From positions 7,254,001 to 7,318,000 of the forward strand of contig CDPCPM010000077.1 in NCBI GenBank assembly GCA_976551045.1: a stretch of 64,000 nt of DNA, written 5' to 3'. The stretch is from Glaucostegus cemiculus (lineage: Eukaryota). The position numbers and the translations under genes were made by a program. Below are positions 24,915-37,090 of this stretch, one piece after another (the first letter of the stretch is position 1; every line of letters starts with the position of its first letter). Under the pieces are notes generated by a model. It made no database searches and was not told the origin of the DNA. It saw nothing but the letters and a program-made list of their open reading frames with translations.

Positions 24915-25450
24915 TAAGCTGGTTTATTTTTGTCACATGCACCAAGGTACAGTGAAAAACTTTGTTTTGCAAGCCATCCATATAGATCATTTCATTACAA
25001 CAGTGCATTGTGGTAGCACAAAGGGAAACAATAACAGAATGCAGAATAATGTGTGTTACAGTTACAGAGAAAATGCAGTGCAGGCAGAAAATAAGGTGCA
25101 AGGCCATAATGAGGTAGATTGTGAGGTCGAGAGTCCATCTTATTGTACTAGGGGACTTTTCAATAGTCTTATAACAGTGGGAAAGAAGCTGTCTTTGAAC
25201 CTGGTGGTACATGCTTTCAGTATCTTTTGCCCAATGGGAGAGGGGAGCAGACAGAATGACTGGGGTGGGAGGGGTCTTTGATTATGCTGGCTGCTTTACT
25301 GAGGTGGTGAGAATAGACAGAGTCTATGGGGGGGAGGCTGGTCTTCCAAATGTGCTGAGCTGTGTCCACAACTCTCTGCAGTTTCTTGTGGCCTTGAGCA
25401 GAGCAGCTGGCATATCAAACTGCGATGCATCTGGATAGGATGCTTTCTAT
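24915..25450 (-). mobile_element. Rex1/Babar-like LINE 3' fragment
   Basis: Same family as 17560-18300, in reverse orientation. Confidence 0.78.
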
Positions 25451-25539
25451 GAAATGAAATGAACTCATTTCTTATATGCTCATAGTATATGGTTATCAGT
25501 TTTTATGTACATTTCATAATCAAATGGTAAGATGAATCT

Positions 25540-26075
25540 TGGGATTCATAGAAGCATGAAGTATAAGAGAAGGGAGGTTTGTTGAAGATTTACAAAACAC
25601 CGGTTAAGCCACAACTGAAGTATTGTGTTTAATTCTGGTCACACATCTTGAGAAGGTTATGAAGGTCTGGGAATGGTTCTGGATTTCAGCCATGAGGTTA
25701 GACTGGAGAAGCTGGGCTTGTTCTCCTTGGAGCAAAGAAGGTTGAAAGGGCATTTGACAGAGGGGAGTGAGATTAGAGAGAAGCTGCTCCCATTAACAAG
25801 TGGTTCAAAGACCAGGGTCATGGGTTAAAATTATGGGCGAAACGTCCAAGGGGGCCATGACGAAAAATGTTTTTGCTTGGAGAACATTTACGATCTGGAA
25901 CCCACTGCTTAGTGGAAGCAGAATCAATTAGTGCCTTCAAATGGGAATGGCTTGGGATTTGAGAGAGAATCATTTGCAGGGGAATGGGGAAAGAGCAATG
26001 GGAAGGGACTCACACAGACTTGGTGGGCTTAATGGCCTCCTTCTGTACCACCACAGTACTGATTCCATGATTCTA
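25540..26075 (+). mobile_element. Old CR1-like LINE 3' fragment
   Basis: Decayed ggttaagccacaactgaagtattgtg...ttctccttggagcaaagaagg; tail gattccatgattctatg. Confidence 0.7.
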
Positions 26076-27022
26076 TGAGAAAAAGAATACACAAATATTT
26101 ATCGTTCATGATGAAAACTTTACGTCATTGGTCACTGAATGGTAAAGAGACGTTGAACTCAGGACTGAAGGAAAGAAATGGCTGGTGGACTTAAACAGTT
26201 GCCTGGGACCTAATTAGTGAGTGACATAAATGGCCAAGATTGAGAAACGGGTCTTAAGGGAGAAATGGGGCCTGTGTTTTGGGGGTTGAAATCAGACAAT
26301 TGGCCAGGTTGAGACTGGGGCTTTCACTATTCAGTCTTGGGGAATCACTGGTCATAACTTGTGGACTGAGAACTGGCAAGTTGGATTTAAGACAGCTCTT
26401 CTTGCCTGTAGTGGACACAACATCTTTATTTCTGCACAACAAACTTATCAAGCGAAAAACCTGTTTCGAAGGAATTTGCTCAGTTTTCCTGCTGCTCCTC
26501 ACAAGAGATTGAAAGAAACACTTGGATATTTCCAGAGTTAAATCCATACTGAATTCAGAGGATAACAGGTGCAATAGCATTTCAGGGAGACTGAGGTGCA
26601 TTGCTTGGTACCAGGTGCAGAGCTAAGTTAGTTTTTAGAAGTTGTTCAGGTGGCTTGTTGTTCACTTCCTAAATTTTCTATAGTTCCTGTTGAAAGAAAT
26701 ACCAGTAAAAGGTCATGGTGTTAGCAGGAGCTTTAATATACATAAGCTTGGTAGGATATGATTCTTATCAGTTAGACACAACCATTGATTTCACTTCAGA
26801 TTCAAAATCAATGAAAAAACATTTCCATCATTGATAATCGGAATTCATTAATAAATCAGCAAGTAGACACATCTTTTAAAACACAGTTTGAGCAGGCTGT
26901 ATTTATATTTTTCAATTTGTTTTCACATTAATATAACAGCCAAAAGAACAGAATGATTTAAAGCAGGTAAGATTTAATTGACTTACGCATATTCATTTTA
27001 AAATATTTTGACAGGGGGTCAT

Positions 27023-27072
27023 GGAATACTATTGTCATTGAGAATACTATTGTCATTGAGAATACTATTGTC
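27023..27072. repeat. 18-bp tandem repeat GAATACTATTGTCATTGA, ~2.7 copies
   Basis: Perfect copies visible directly. Confidence 0.9.
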
Positions 27073-27232
27073 TGTTCCTACCTGCCAAATTTACACAGTC
27101 TTGAAATTTCAAACATATAAAATGAAAATAAATGCTTAAAAGTAAACATTGATTTAATCTGTTGAATTTATTTTGAAGAAAAGAATTGCACCAATTCTAC
27201 TATATAGTAGGTAATGACGCAGGTCCATTCCT

Positions 27233-27251
27233 TAGGGCCATCTAGTGGGCA
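27233..27251 (-). promoter_or_regulatory. Strong candidate CTCF site (minus strand TGCCCACTAGATGGCCCTA)
   Basis: CCACTAGATGGC is a close match to the CTCF core, set in unique AT-rich intergenic DNA. Confidence 0.55.
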
Positions 27252-27973
27252 GAGCCTGCAACTACATTGTGACCATTAACGTAGCAAATGTAATTGGTAT
27301 CTGTTGACATAGCAATTTACAGTGGTAAATGTTGACACTGAATGTGCCCAATAACAAGAAGGAATTAAGGTCTTTACATTGCATGTGCAAAATACTTAAT
27401 AGCATTAAAATTGAAAATGACCAGTTGTTGGCTTTGAACAGATCTGCAAAAATTTCTACATGAGGTTGAAATTCAACTTGTAACTAAGCAATAGAACAGT
27501 GTTCCGACTCCCTACAAAAATACACCAGCAAATAACAGTCAGGTCAACATTTCAGGTCACTGACCTTTGATCAGAACTGGGAAAATGTTAGAGATAAAAC
27601 AAGTTTTAAGGTGCAGAGAAAGGGGTGGGGTGACGGTGATGGTGTGTTGGGTTGTGGGGATGGTGGAAGAGAACTGAAGGAAGGTCTGTGACCGGCGAGG
27701 AAGGCAGGAGATATTACATGATGTAGGGGTTAATAGTGCAGGGTGGAAGAAGATTGTAAAGCAATTGGTCAGTAACAAAAGATATGCCTGGAGGAGGTCT
27801 AGTGGGAGAAGTACAAATATTTTCCTAAATTACTAGAAATGAAAACTGAATACTGATTGCAAAATCAGGAGTTAATGGGGTAGATCTTCCATTGCTTTGA
27901 AATGATCTGCCCATTGCCACAGCCTGGAGCCCTGGGCAGAGAGTGTTCCACTGGAATCGCCCCTCACTGGAAG

Positions 27974-28229
27974 GAGCGGCACGATAGCGTAGCAGTTAGC
28001 GCGACGCTGTTACAGTGCCAGTGATCGGGGTTCGATTCCCGTCGCTGACTGTAAGGATTTTGTACATTCTCCCGTGTCCGTGTGGTTTTCCTCCGGGTGC
28101 TCCGGTTTCCTCCCACATTCTAAAGATGTACGGGTAGGGTAATTTGGGGGTTTAAAATGGGCGGCGTGGACTCGTTGGGCCGAAAGGGCCTGTTACCGCG
28201 CTGTAAATGAAATTTAAATTTAAATTTAA
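27974..28229 (+). mobile_element. Young tRNA-derived V-SINE (HE1-like) with CR1-type tail; probable TSD TGGAAG
   Basis: B box GGTTCGATTCC at 28029-28039, V-domain, tail ggccgaaagggcctgtt...(aaattt)n, CpGs retained; tggaag at 27968-27973 and 28231-28236. Confidence 0.9.
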
Positions 28230-28659
28230 GTGGAAGCCTGGCCCTCGGCACCTCGTGGGCAGCACTTAGGGTGGAGAATGAGGTGCTCTTACTCTGGTTC
28301 TCTGGGTTCTAACATCGCTGATGAGGCCAATGTGGAATCCACAGACCCCGCCACAGGTGAGGCGAGAGGTACTTGATGCAGGTGAGTGAACTGTAGGGGA
28401 GATTCTGTGTTCCTCCTGCCACGCTTCCTTGGCCTCCCCTGTGGTCCCATTGAAGCTGCTTGAAGCTCTTGGTGCCTTACCAGCTACATTTTAAGAGGCC
28501 ACAGCAGGAATTCCCATAAGTTGATGAGAATGTTGTATTTTGTCAAGGAGGCTTTGAAAACATTCTTGAAGCCTTCTTTCTGCACTTGCTGTGACAGAGT
28601 TTGGAACAGAGTGCTTGTTTCATGAGCCTGGTGTTAGACATGAGAGTGATGTAGCCCGA

Positions 28660-29120
28660 CCATTGGTGAACTGGTTTATTATTGTGACATGTACAGTGAA
28701 AAAACTGTTTTGCATACCATCCATACAGATCATTTCACCACATCAGTACATTGAGGTAGTACAAGGGAAAAGCAATAACAGCATGCAGAATAAAGTGTCG
28801 CAGTTACAGAGAAAGTGCAGTGCAGGCAGACAATAAGGTGCAAGGCCATGACGAGGTAGATTGAGAGGTCAAGAGTCCATTTTATCATACTAGGGGACTA
28901 TTCAATCTTCTTATAACAGCGGTCCTTGAGCCTGGTGGTACATGCTGTCAGGATTTTGTATCTTCTGCCCAAATGGAGAGGGGAGAAGAGGGTATGTCCG
29001 GGGTCTTTGATTATGCTGGCTGCTTTACCGAGGCAGCGAGAAGTGTAGACAGAGTCCATGGAGGGGAGGTTGGTTTCCCTGCTGTGCTGAACTGTGTCCA
29101 CAACTCTCTGCAGTTTCTTG
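28660..29120 (-). mobile_element. Rex1/Babar-like LINE 3' fragment
   Basis: KKLQRVVDTVQHSRETNLPSMDSVYTSRCLGKAASIIKDP on the minus strand. Confidence 0.8.
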
Positions 29121-30441
29121 GACATCACTGTTGCCCAGAAGACCACGAGCTGGGATTGAGGCTGTGAGCTTCTTTACCTCAGACAGAAAAACATTGTAAA
29201 GTTTCACTGGAGATGCTGTTGAATTTTGTTGCTGATGCCTGTTTTCACTGAGAAGGTGGCTCCCAAGGTATGGAAAGTGACTTACATTTCCAGGGTCTCA
29301 CCACAAACCTTTATTGGTGACAGTCGTTGTCCACGGGAGCAGGTTGGCAGAAGGCCTTAGCTTTGGCTGCACTCACAGAAAGGCTGTGACAGCCGGTAGG
29401 TCCCCACTCCCAGGTTCCGTAACTGTCAAATCTGTCAGCGTTAACAGGCTCATTCAATGTAGCCTTGATAAAAATACAACTAGAAGCACTGAAAATTGCC
29501 TAAAGAAATAATAAAAGAACAAAATAAACTACTTACCTTTCTCCAGGCATTTGAATCCTGCACGAGGTTTAACCTGGTTTAGGCTCAGAAGGTGTTCCAG
29601 TCCATGGGAGGTGGGGTTGCCTCAATCGACTTGGTGCCACTCCATGCTGGCAGATGTCTGCAGGGCAGAAGATGCCACTCCCTGCTCAGATCCATGCCAG
29701 TGCTGGAAACTGGGACTTCTACCGGCAAACAGAATAAATCCCAGCAGGAGCAACAGAATGGAAGTTCTGGGCATGGTTATCTGAAATTGTTGAATTTGCC
29801 CTTGCGTCTGGAAGCCTATAACATCCCAGGTCTTAAGATGAGGTGCCATTCCTCAAGCTTATGTTGTTTGGAACAGTGCAGGAGGTTGAAGACAAAGTTT
29901 TACCTTGGGCCTTGTCCTAATTGCTCTCTATCCGCTGTCTCTTGCAATATCATCTGAAAATACAGCATCAGTTGCCATATACTGTATACATTGAGAACTC
30001 CTGGACTTTTTCTCACCAACTGTTCCCTTGACTCCTCCACGGATTCTAAATTGCCCAACTCATCATAAGATCCAACACTTTCCTCCAACTAGCTTTGGTC
30101 CTGTCACAAATCTTGTTCTCTGTTCAGCAAACCTAGCCCCTCACCCCAGAAACAGAATGGGACTAAATCTGACAGTTTGTCATCCTAGGGATGTCTTTGA
30201 CCTTGAGTCTTGGATGATGACATCCACACTATTACTATGACTGCCTATTTCCACCACTGGAAATTTACCCACCCTTACCCCATCTTAATCCATCTGCTGC
30301 TGGAAGTTTGTTATCTCCAGATGTGACTACTCCAGGAGACTCAGGCTGGTCAACCTCATTCCTTTCTCCATACTCCTGCTGCCCAGGTTAAGTTGACCCA
30401 GGTACCGCTCACCTTTGTGCTTCAGATCTTCATTGGTTCTC

Positions 30442-30695
30442 TTAAATTTAAATTTAAATTTATTTACAGCGTGGTAACAGGCCCTTTTGGCCCAATGAGT
30501 CCGCGCCGCCCATCTTAAACCCCCAAATTAACCTACCCGTACGTCTTTAGAATGTGGGAGGAAACCGGAGCACCCGGAGGAAACCCACGCAGACACGGGA
30601 GAACGTACAAACTCCTTACAGTCAGTGATGGGAATCGAACCCGATTGCTGGCGCTGTAACAGTGTCGTGCTAACCGGTACGCTATCGTGCCGCCC
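30442..30695 (-). mobile_element. Young tRNA-derived V-SINE (HE1-like)
   Basis: Reverse-complement near-copy of 27974-28229. Confidence 0.9.
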
Positions 30696-31419
30696 AACAA
30701 TTTAATATTCTCATTCTCAAGTTAAACAAATTAATATTCTCATACCCAATTTTAAATCCCTCTGTGTCCTTTCTCTCTTATCTTCCTCATTCCTTAGTTT
30801 AATTTCTCCACCGTGGAAGGCAGTGCTTTCAGTTGCAAGACCAGCAGATCTGAACTTCCTTCTCCATACCTTCCTTCCTTCAAGATGCTCAGTGAAACCG
30901 GTTCTCTGGCTGAGCTTTGGACACGTGCCCTGAAATCTCTATGTGCCAATGTTGGTTTGAGTAAGTTCCTGTGTAGGATGTTTTGCTATGTTAATAGTGA
31001 TTTATAAACACAAGTTAATATTGCTGAAGGTCAAATATTTTTTCTGGAACACACAAAATTGTGAAGGATAGAACTGGTGGTACATATTCCTAAACTTCAC
31101 TCTACCTCTGTACATCAAAGAGAATTAAAGAAATCAAAGGAAGAAATAAATGGGGTGGAGTCTATGATGAAGTTCATAAGAACTTAAGAAATATGGACAA
31201 GGATGTGGACAATCAAAAAAGAAACTGAACACCAAACCACACCAAGAGGACAGATAATCGAAGGTTTAGACTTCCTGTTCTTTTCCCTAATCCAACACCT
31301 TCATTGGCTTTGTCATGTGTAACTTCTAACATTGCTTGTGTGATTTCACTGTGTACTTCGATGTACATGTGACTGATAACGGTATCTTATCTGATTTCTA
31401 AATGCAGATCATTTGTGTA

Positions 31420-32365
31420 ATCAAAGTCCAAGTTGAGTTTATTGTCATCTGCACAAGTCCATGTGTGCACACGTACAATAAAAAACTTACTTGCACAGCA
31501 TCACAGGCACATGGCATCAGATAAGCAGCATTCACAAGAAAAACATAAATATAAATTATACACAATTTTTATAAGAAAGAACACAATTAGAACAAAAAAA
31601 AATCCATTTTAGTGCAAAGTGATCATAGTGGTCACAATGTTGCTAAACTGTAGTGATTAGGGTTGTGCCCGTTGTTTGAAGAACTGAATGGTTGAAGGGA
31701 AGTAGCTGTCCTTGAACCTGGTGGTGTGGGACCTCAGGCTTCTATACCTCCTGCCCGATGGTAACTGCAAGAAGATGGCATGGCTCAGATGGTGGGGATG
31801 TTTGATGATGGATGTTGTGCTCTTGAGGCAGCACCTCCTCTAGATACTATCGATGGTGGTGAGAGATGTTGCTGTGATGTATTGGCAGAGTCCACTACTG
31901 TCTGCAGCTTCTTGGTATTGGTATTGATATTGATTTATTATTGTCACTTGTACAGTGAAAAGCTTGTCTTCCAAACCAATCATACAGGTCAATTCATTAT
32001 ACAGTGCAGTTACATGGTTAGTACAAAGCGCATTGAAATAGTACAGTAAAAGCAGTAACAGTACAGAATAAAGTGTCACAGCTACAGAGAAAGTGCAGTG
32101 CAATAAGGTGCAAGGTCACACAAGGTAGAATGTAAGGTCACAGACCATCTCATTGTATAAGGGAACTGTTCAATAGTCTTATCACAGTGGGGAAGAAGTC
32201 TGGTGGTACATGCCCTCAGGCACCTGTATCTTCTACCTGATGGGAGAGGCGAGAAGAGAGAATGTCCTGCATGAGTGGGGTCTTTGATTATACTGGGCTG
32301 TGTTCCTACATTCCTCTGCACTCAGATTGCTGTACCAGACCATGATGCAACCGGTCAGGATACTT
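31420..32365 (-). mobile_element. Two nested Rex1/Babar-like LINE 3' fragments
   Basis: One subfamily (31420-31913, resuming ~32310) is interrupted by another (31914-32295) with a (ggtatt)n tail. Confidence 0.7.
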
Positions 32366-35300
32366 TAGAGAGATATGGAATAATAAGTGATTCCAAAGTC
32401 AAAGCCCTGTAGGATCCGAAGGTAAGGTTCTCTTAGATTGATGACAGTCCCTGCACAATCAGCGCCACTGCCAGCTGGGTTCCATTTGCCAACTAGTTAT
32501 CGGTCTAGTGCAGAAAGATTTCTCTGCTTTATTTATTCTCAATAGCATTCTTTCCATGGAAGTGTCAAGGGCCTTGCTGAAATCCAAGTAAACTTCAGCC
32601 TTATTCCAGCAATTCCTGTTGTCACACCCTCAAACAAAACCAATTAGATTGGCAAGACTACCCCAACATGAACCCACACTGACAATTTTTTAGTAAGAAC
32701 CAGATGCTCTATCACTTTTTATTTAATGACTTTTCCTTTCGTATCACTTTTTTGCACTACTTCAGGTTGCACTATTGTACTTTGCACCATTCTGCTGTTT
32801 TGCACATGTTGCTGTAGTTATTGCTGTATTTATTATTACCATGTACACTGTGTACTCTGTGAGCTTCACATGAACAAGGAATTTCATTGCACCCTGGTGT
32901 ATATGACAATAACCTATTCTAATCTAATCTAATCTCTAAACCTGAGTTGCAAGGGACAGTGCAATAGAATCACTTCTATTATTAAAAAAACAGAACCATC
33001 AGACATCAAATAATCTTTCATTAACCAGGATGTATTGTATTAAATCTTCAATATTTGACAAAGTTAATTTATTTATTACATCAACAGAACTACCTTGGAC
33101 TTACGGAGGTTGACTTAGTTGTTTTATATTTCTGAAGGTCTCCTTGGTTCCAATGTCTCCTAGTTTTATGTATTTTCCCACAGACAACAGAGCAGGTGGG
33201 TGACATCTGCAGGTCTCCCCCAGTGTGCTGCTGGGCTGGAGAATGATTCTGGTGACTTTTAAGCCCCTTGTCTCCTTCTGACAAGATTGCTGAGATCAAA
33301 GTGATCCCACAACTTAACTGGAAGTCTTAATAATGATTTTTGGTGTGTGATTTAAAAAATGCACAATGGGATAATTATTTATTTTCGTGCGGATGATGTT
33401 TTAAAGGTTTGATGTCATCCCTGTTCTCCCACTGCTGGACTCCCACTGGTAATAAATGTTTACAGTGTTAAAACTCTGAAGTGAAACTTAGAAATACTTC
33501 AGATTTATGAAGGAAACAGCAGGGAGTGGGACTAATTGGAGAGTTCCCTCAATGAGCTGGCACTGGAATAAAGTGTGGAATGACCTCCCTTGGCGCTGTA
33601 CCATTCTGTGATACTTGGTGGTAGAAATGGGCAGCTGTTGTAAATATTATGTTGAAGGTATTACTGCTGGGAAATAAAATCTTCCCTGGTTAAGAAATGC
33701 AGTGTCAAAATCAAGATGTCCCCAACTCCAGTATAATGTAGATTATGTGCAAAGTACAACCCTGGTACTCCCTCCCACCTCTGTACCCCACTGGGACTAG
33801 CTGAGGGAGGGCTATACCTTGGCACAAGTTCGTTAACAATATAGTGGAGACTGCCCATTTTATGTCAAACAATTATTTCACACTTTCCAATAATTTTTAC
33901 ACAGAAATAAATTAACATAAATTACTCTGCAGAGTTGGTTGTTGCAAGTTTAAGAATTTCTAGGAAATTTAATATTGTAAATATCATTAATATTGTAATG
34001 ATAGTGACTTGAAAATGTGATCCACTAGTATGCAAGGGTCTCAGGCTCCACCTCTACTCTGTGACAACGTGCAATATCTTTGTGCAAGAACCAAGCTGCT
34101 GGAGGAACTGTGTGGGTCAGGTAGCATCTGTGATGGCAAATGGAGACATAGAGATTCAGATGCTGGGATCTGGAGCAAAAAACAAGCTGCTGGAGGAACT
34201 CAGCAAGTCAGGTATCTTTCCTTTGATAATGAGGTTTTTACTTAAGCGTCTCAGATACTCAGTGCACAGAGAGGAAATCATGCTCTCTTTCTTGCTTATC
34301 AAATGTGCTCCCTTTCTGAAGCTGTATATTTAATGGTGCAATGATTCAACACCACTCATAGACACGTGCTGCTGGCAAATAAAAAGAAAAAAATCACAAT
34401 TTCACAGTGCCTGTACACTTTACAATGGAGGAAATTTGGTTGTGATGCAGGAAGCCAACAATTTTCACACTAAAAGACTTCACAAACAGCAATGAAGTAA
34501 ATCAGGAGATCACCTGTTTTCATGCCATACGATCTTTAGTGTTTATCTGAGAGATAAAGGTGGACATTTAATAAGAGACACTTGTCTGATGCACCACATA
34601 GCAAGGATCACTCCACGAACTGGACCTTGGCCTGAAGTCACTGCCAATGGGTTAAGAAGCTGGGACGAACACAAATTTTCATTCCAAAATGCCATCCAGA
34701 GAGAGAACTATAGGGCAATAAAGCATTGTAGGAGGATTAACCATTTTATCAATATAGGAAACAGTAATCAGTGAGCTAAAGACTGCAACAGAATTATAGT
34801 TCAGATTATATATATAAAACACTGCTGGAAAATTGAGTTTTATACAAATTTTACCAATTATTACTTAGAAACAGAAGTATTTCAGTTATTCTGCAGCTTT
34901 GACTAACTTGGAGATTGTTTTAAGTTTTGCTGTGTAAAGTTGGTTTTACGACAACCTCTTTATTAATCTGACATGGTTTTCATGTTAAATGAATGCAAAA
35001 TGCTCAACAGACCTGTGATTTGCCACTCTGCGGATGTTGTTTCTCATTAGTTATTCAATGCAGCAAAGAAAGACTTAGATTTATATTGCACTTTTCAAAA
35101 CCCCAGGAGATCTCAAAGCATTTTACAGTTCATTAAGAATTCTAAAGTTGGGTCTAGTGAAGAAAATGCAGCAAACAATTTGCACACAGGAAGGTCCCAA
35201 ATATGCTAATTACTTTGTTTTAGTGATGAATGTTGAGGGATTAAATAATGGCCAGGACCCCTGCTTTTAAAATATCATCCTGGGACCATTTTCTTTCAGG

Positions 35301-36939
35301 TTTAATATCTCATCTGAATGACCACTTCTCCAGAACTGGAGTGGAGCAGTATCTGGGTCCTGAGGCCAAGGCTTTTTGGACTTAGGGCTCTGGAATAGAA
35401 TTTGAACCCCTCTGCTTTCTGAATGAGAAGGAAGAAGCCAAAGTCGACCCATCAGCCGTGGCTCCTAACAGTTTCACAATGACACCTTTACATTAAAATT
35501 AGACAGCTTGTTACAAGTAAGACTGAAATAAAGTGGACCATTTAACCCATCTATCTGACTCAGCCAAGAAGAACCATTGCATCCAGCTGCTTCTTAAAAG
35601 ATCCCTACAGATTTTGGCTCTGCTCTCCAAGGCTGATGCTCATTCAGCTGATTGTGTTAGTGTACTGACCTATGCACATGTGTGCACACACTGCCCTCTG
35701 TGCACACACCTAGCTGTGCACACACCTAGCTGTGCACACCCATGCACACATGGACCTGTACACGTGAATGCAAGAACACATGTACATACATGACTGTACT
35801 TTATCAGGGAATACACAATCTTTAGTAAGAATCACTCTAAAACTGTTACAGTATCAATCGACTGTAGAATGATAGTGACAATCTGGGTATATCTACAGCA
35901 TTTCCAAATGCATCACAGCAATTTAAAACTATTTTTGTGCTGTTATGCAGTGCAATGAGTTCTTTCCATAGCAAAGGCAGCAGCAGAGCTAATTGATGCA
36001 GAAAATACTTGTGTCATTTGGTGCATCACTTCTAAAAAACTTTTGTCAAAATATGTTAATGCCAGTGAAGTTGTTCAGAGGCGTATGTCTTCCTTACATT
36101 AAAATAATAAACACACTTCAAACCATCTCAGAATGCCTTGGGATAACATAACTTTGTGAAAGATTCTACATAAAAATAATTTCTTTCAAGCGTCAAACAT
36201 TTAGGGGAAAATGACTAAAAAAGTCAGTTTGTCGGGGTCACAATGACTGATCAGTTGGGGATGGGATAGAAGTGGTGGTCTTGCCAATAAAGTCTGCATC
36301 CTGTAAACAAATTTATAAAATCCAATGGTTATAGGTTGAATCATGGAAACAGGTACTTAAAGATGACTACACTATGAACAATCAGGTGATTCCCTCTCCG
36401 AAAGTTAATTCGCAATTTAGTTCTGACAAAGGACTTTTGGTCTGAAATGTTAACTCTGTTTCTCTCTCCACAGATAACTGCCTCACCTGCTGAGTGTTTC
36501 TAGCATTTTCTGTTTTTATTTTAGTAAACTCTTCTTTGTTTGAGAAAAGGTGATTTCTGGGATGATTTAAATGTGGATTGGGTACAGTTCAAAATTGCTT
36601 AAATGGTTATTTTTTTCTTTCAAAGATTAAGCTGTCAACTGTGGTAGCTTCTCCCACCTACTCTCTACACAGGTTATTGAATACCTGGAATATGGTTCAA
36701 CCTGCCGAGGTAAATCTGATTATGATGTTGCTAACATTTTTTTTAAATTGCTGACTTAAGACACTAAATCACCATGAAGAGATATAACCTTGAGAGGTGG
36801 GCACCATATATAGTTGTCACCATATTTAAGCTGGCAGGTGGCTGCGGTGTTCCCGGGGGATCATAAACCAGGTTGGGTACAAAACAAACATCCAATCGCA
36901 AAACTATTTGGGAGGCCAGATTAAAATTTCCGGTGACAC

Positions 36940-37090
36940 AAGAGGCTGTAGATGCTGGAATCTTGAGCAGAACTTGGTAAGAACGTGGCCGAAGTCCTGA
37001 TGCAGGGTTTTGACCTGAAACGTCGACAATTCCTTTCCTTCTACAGATGCTGTTCGACCCACTGAGTTCCTACAGCAGATTGTTGCTTAA
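36940..37090 (+). mobile_element. Penelope-like terminal repeat fragment with near-intact minimal hammerhead motif (36994-37027)
   Basis: gtc-CTGATGC-aGGGTtttgACCT-GAAA-CG-TC-gac followed by agatgctgttcgacccactgagttcc. Confidence 0.65.

Noticed and set aside
27974-28045. tRNA-like sequence with A and B boxes
   Set aside because: It is the head of a multi-copy SINE that continues into a V-domain and LINE tail, not a tRNA gene.
33184-33330. Strong plus-strand acceptor (ttttcccacag) suggesting an exon
   Set aside because: All three frames close within ~80 nt and there is no recognisable peptide or partner exon.
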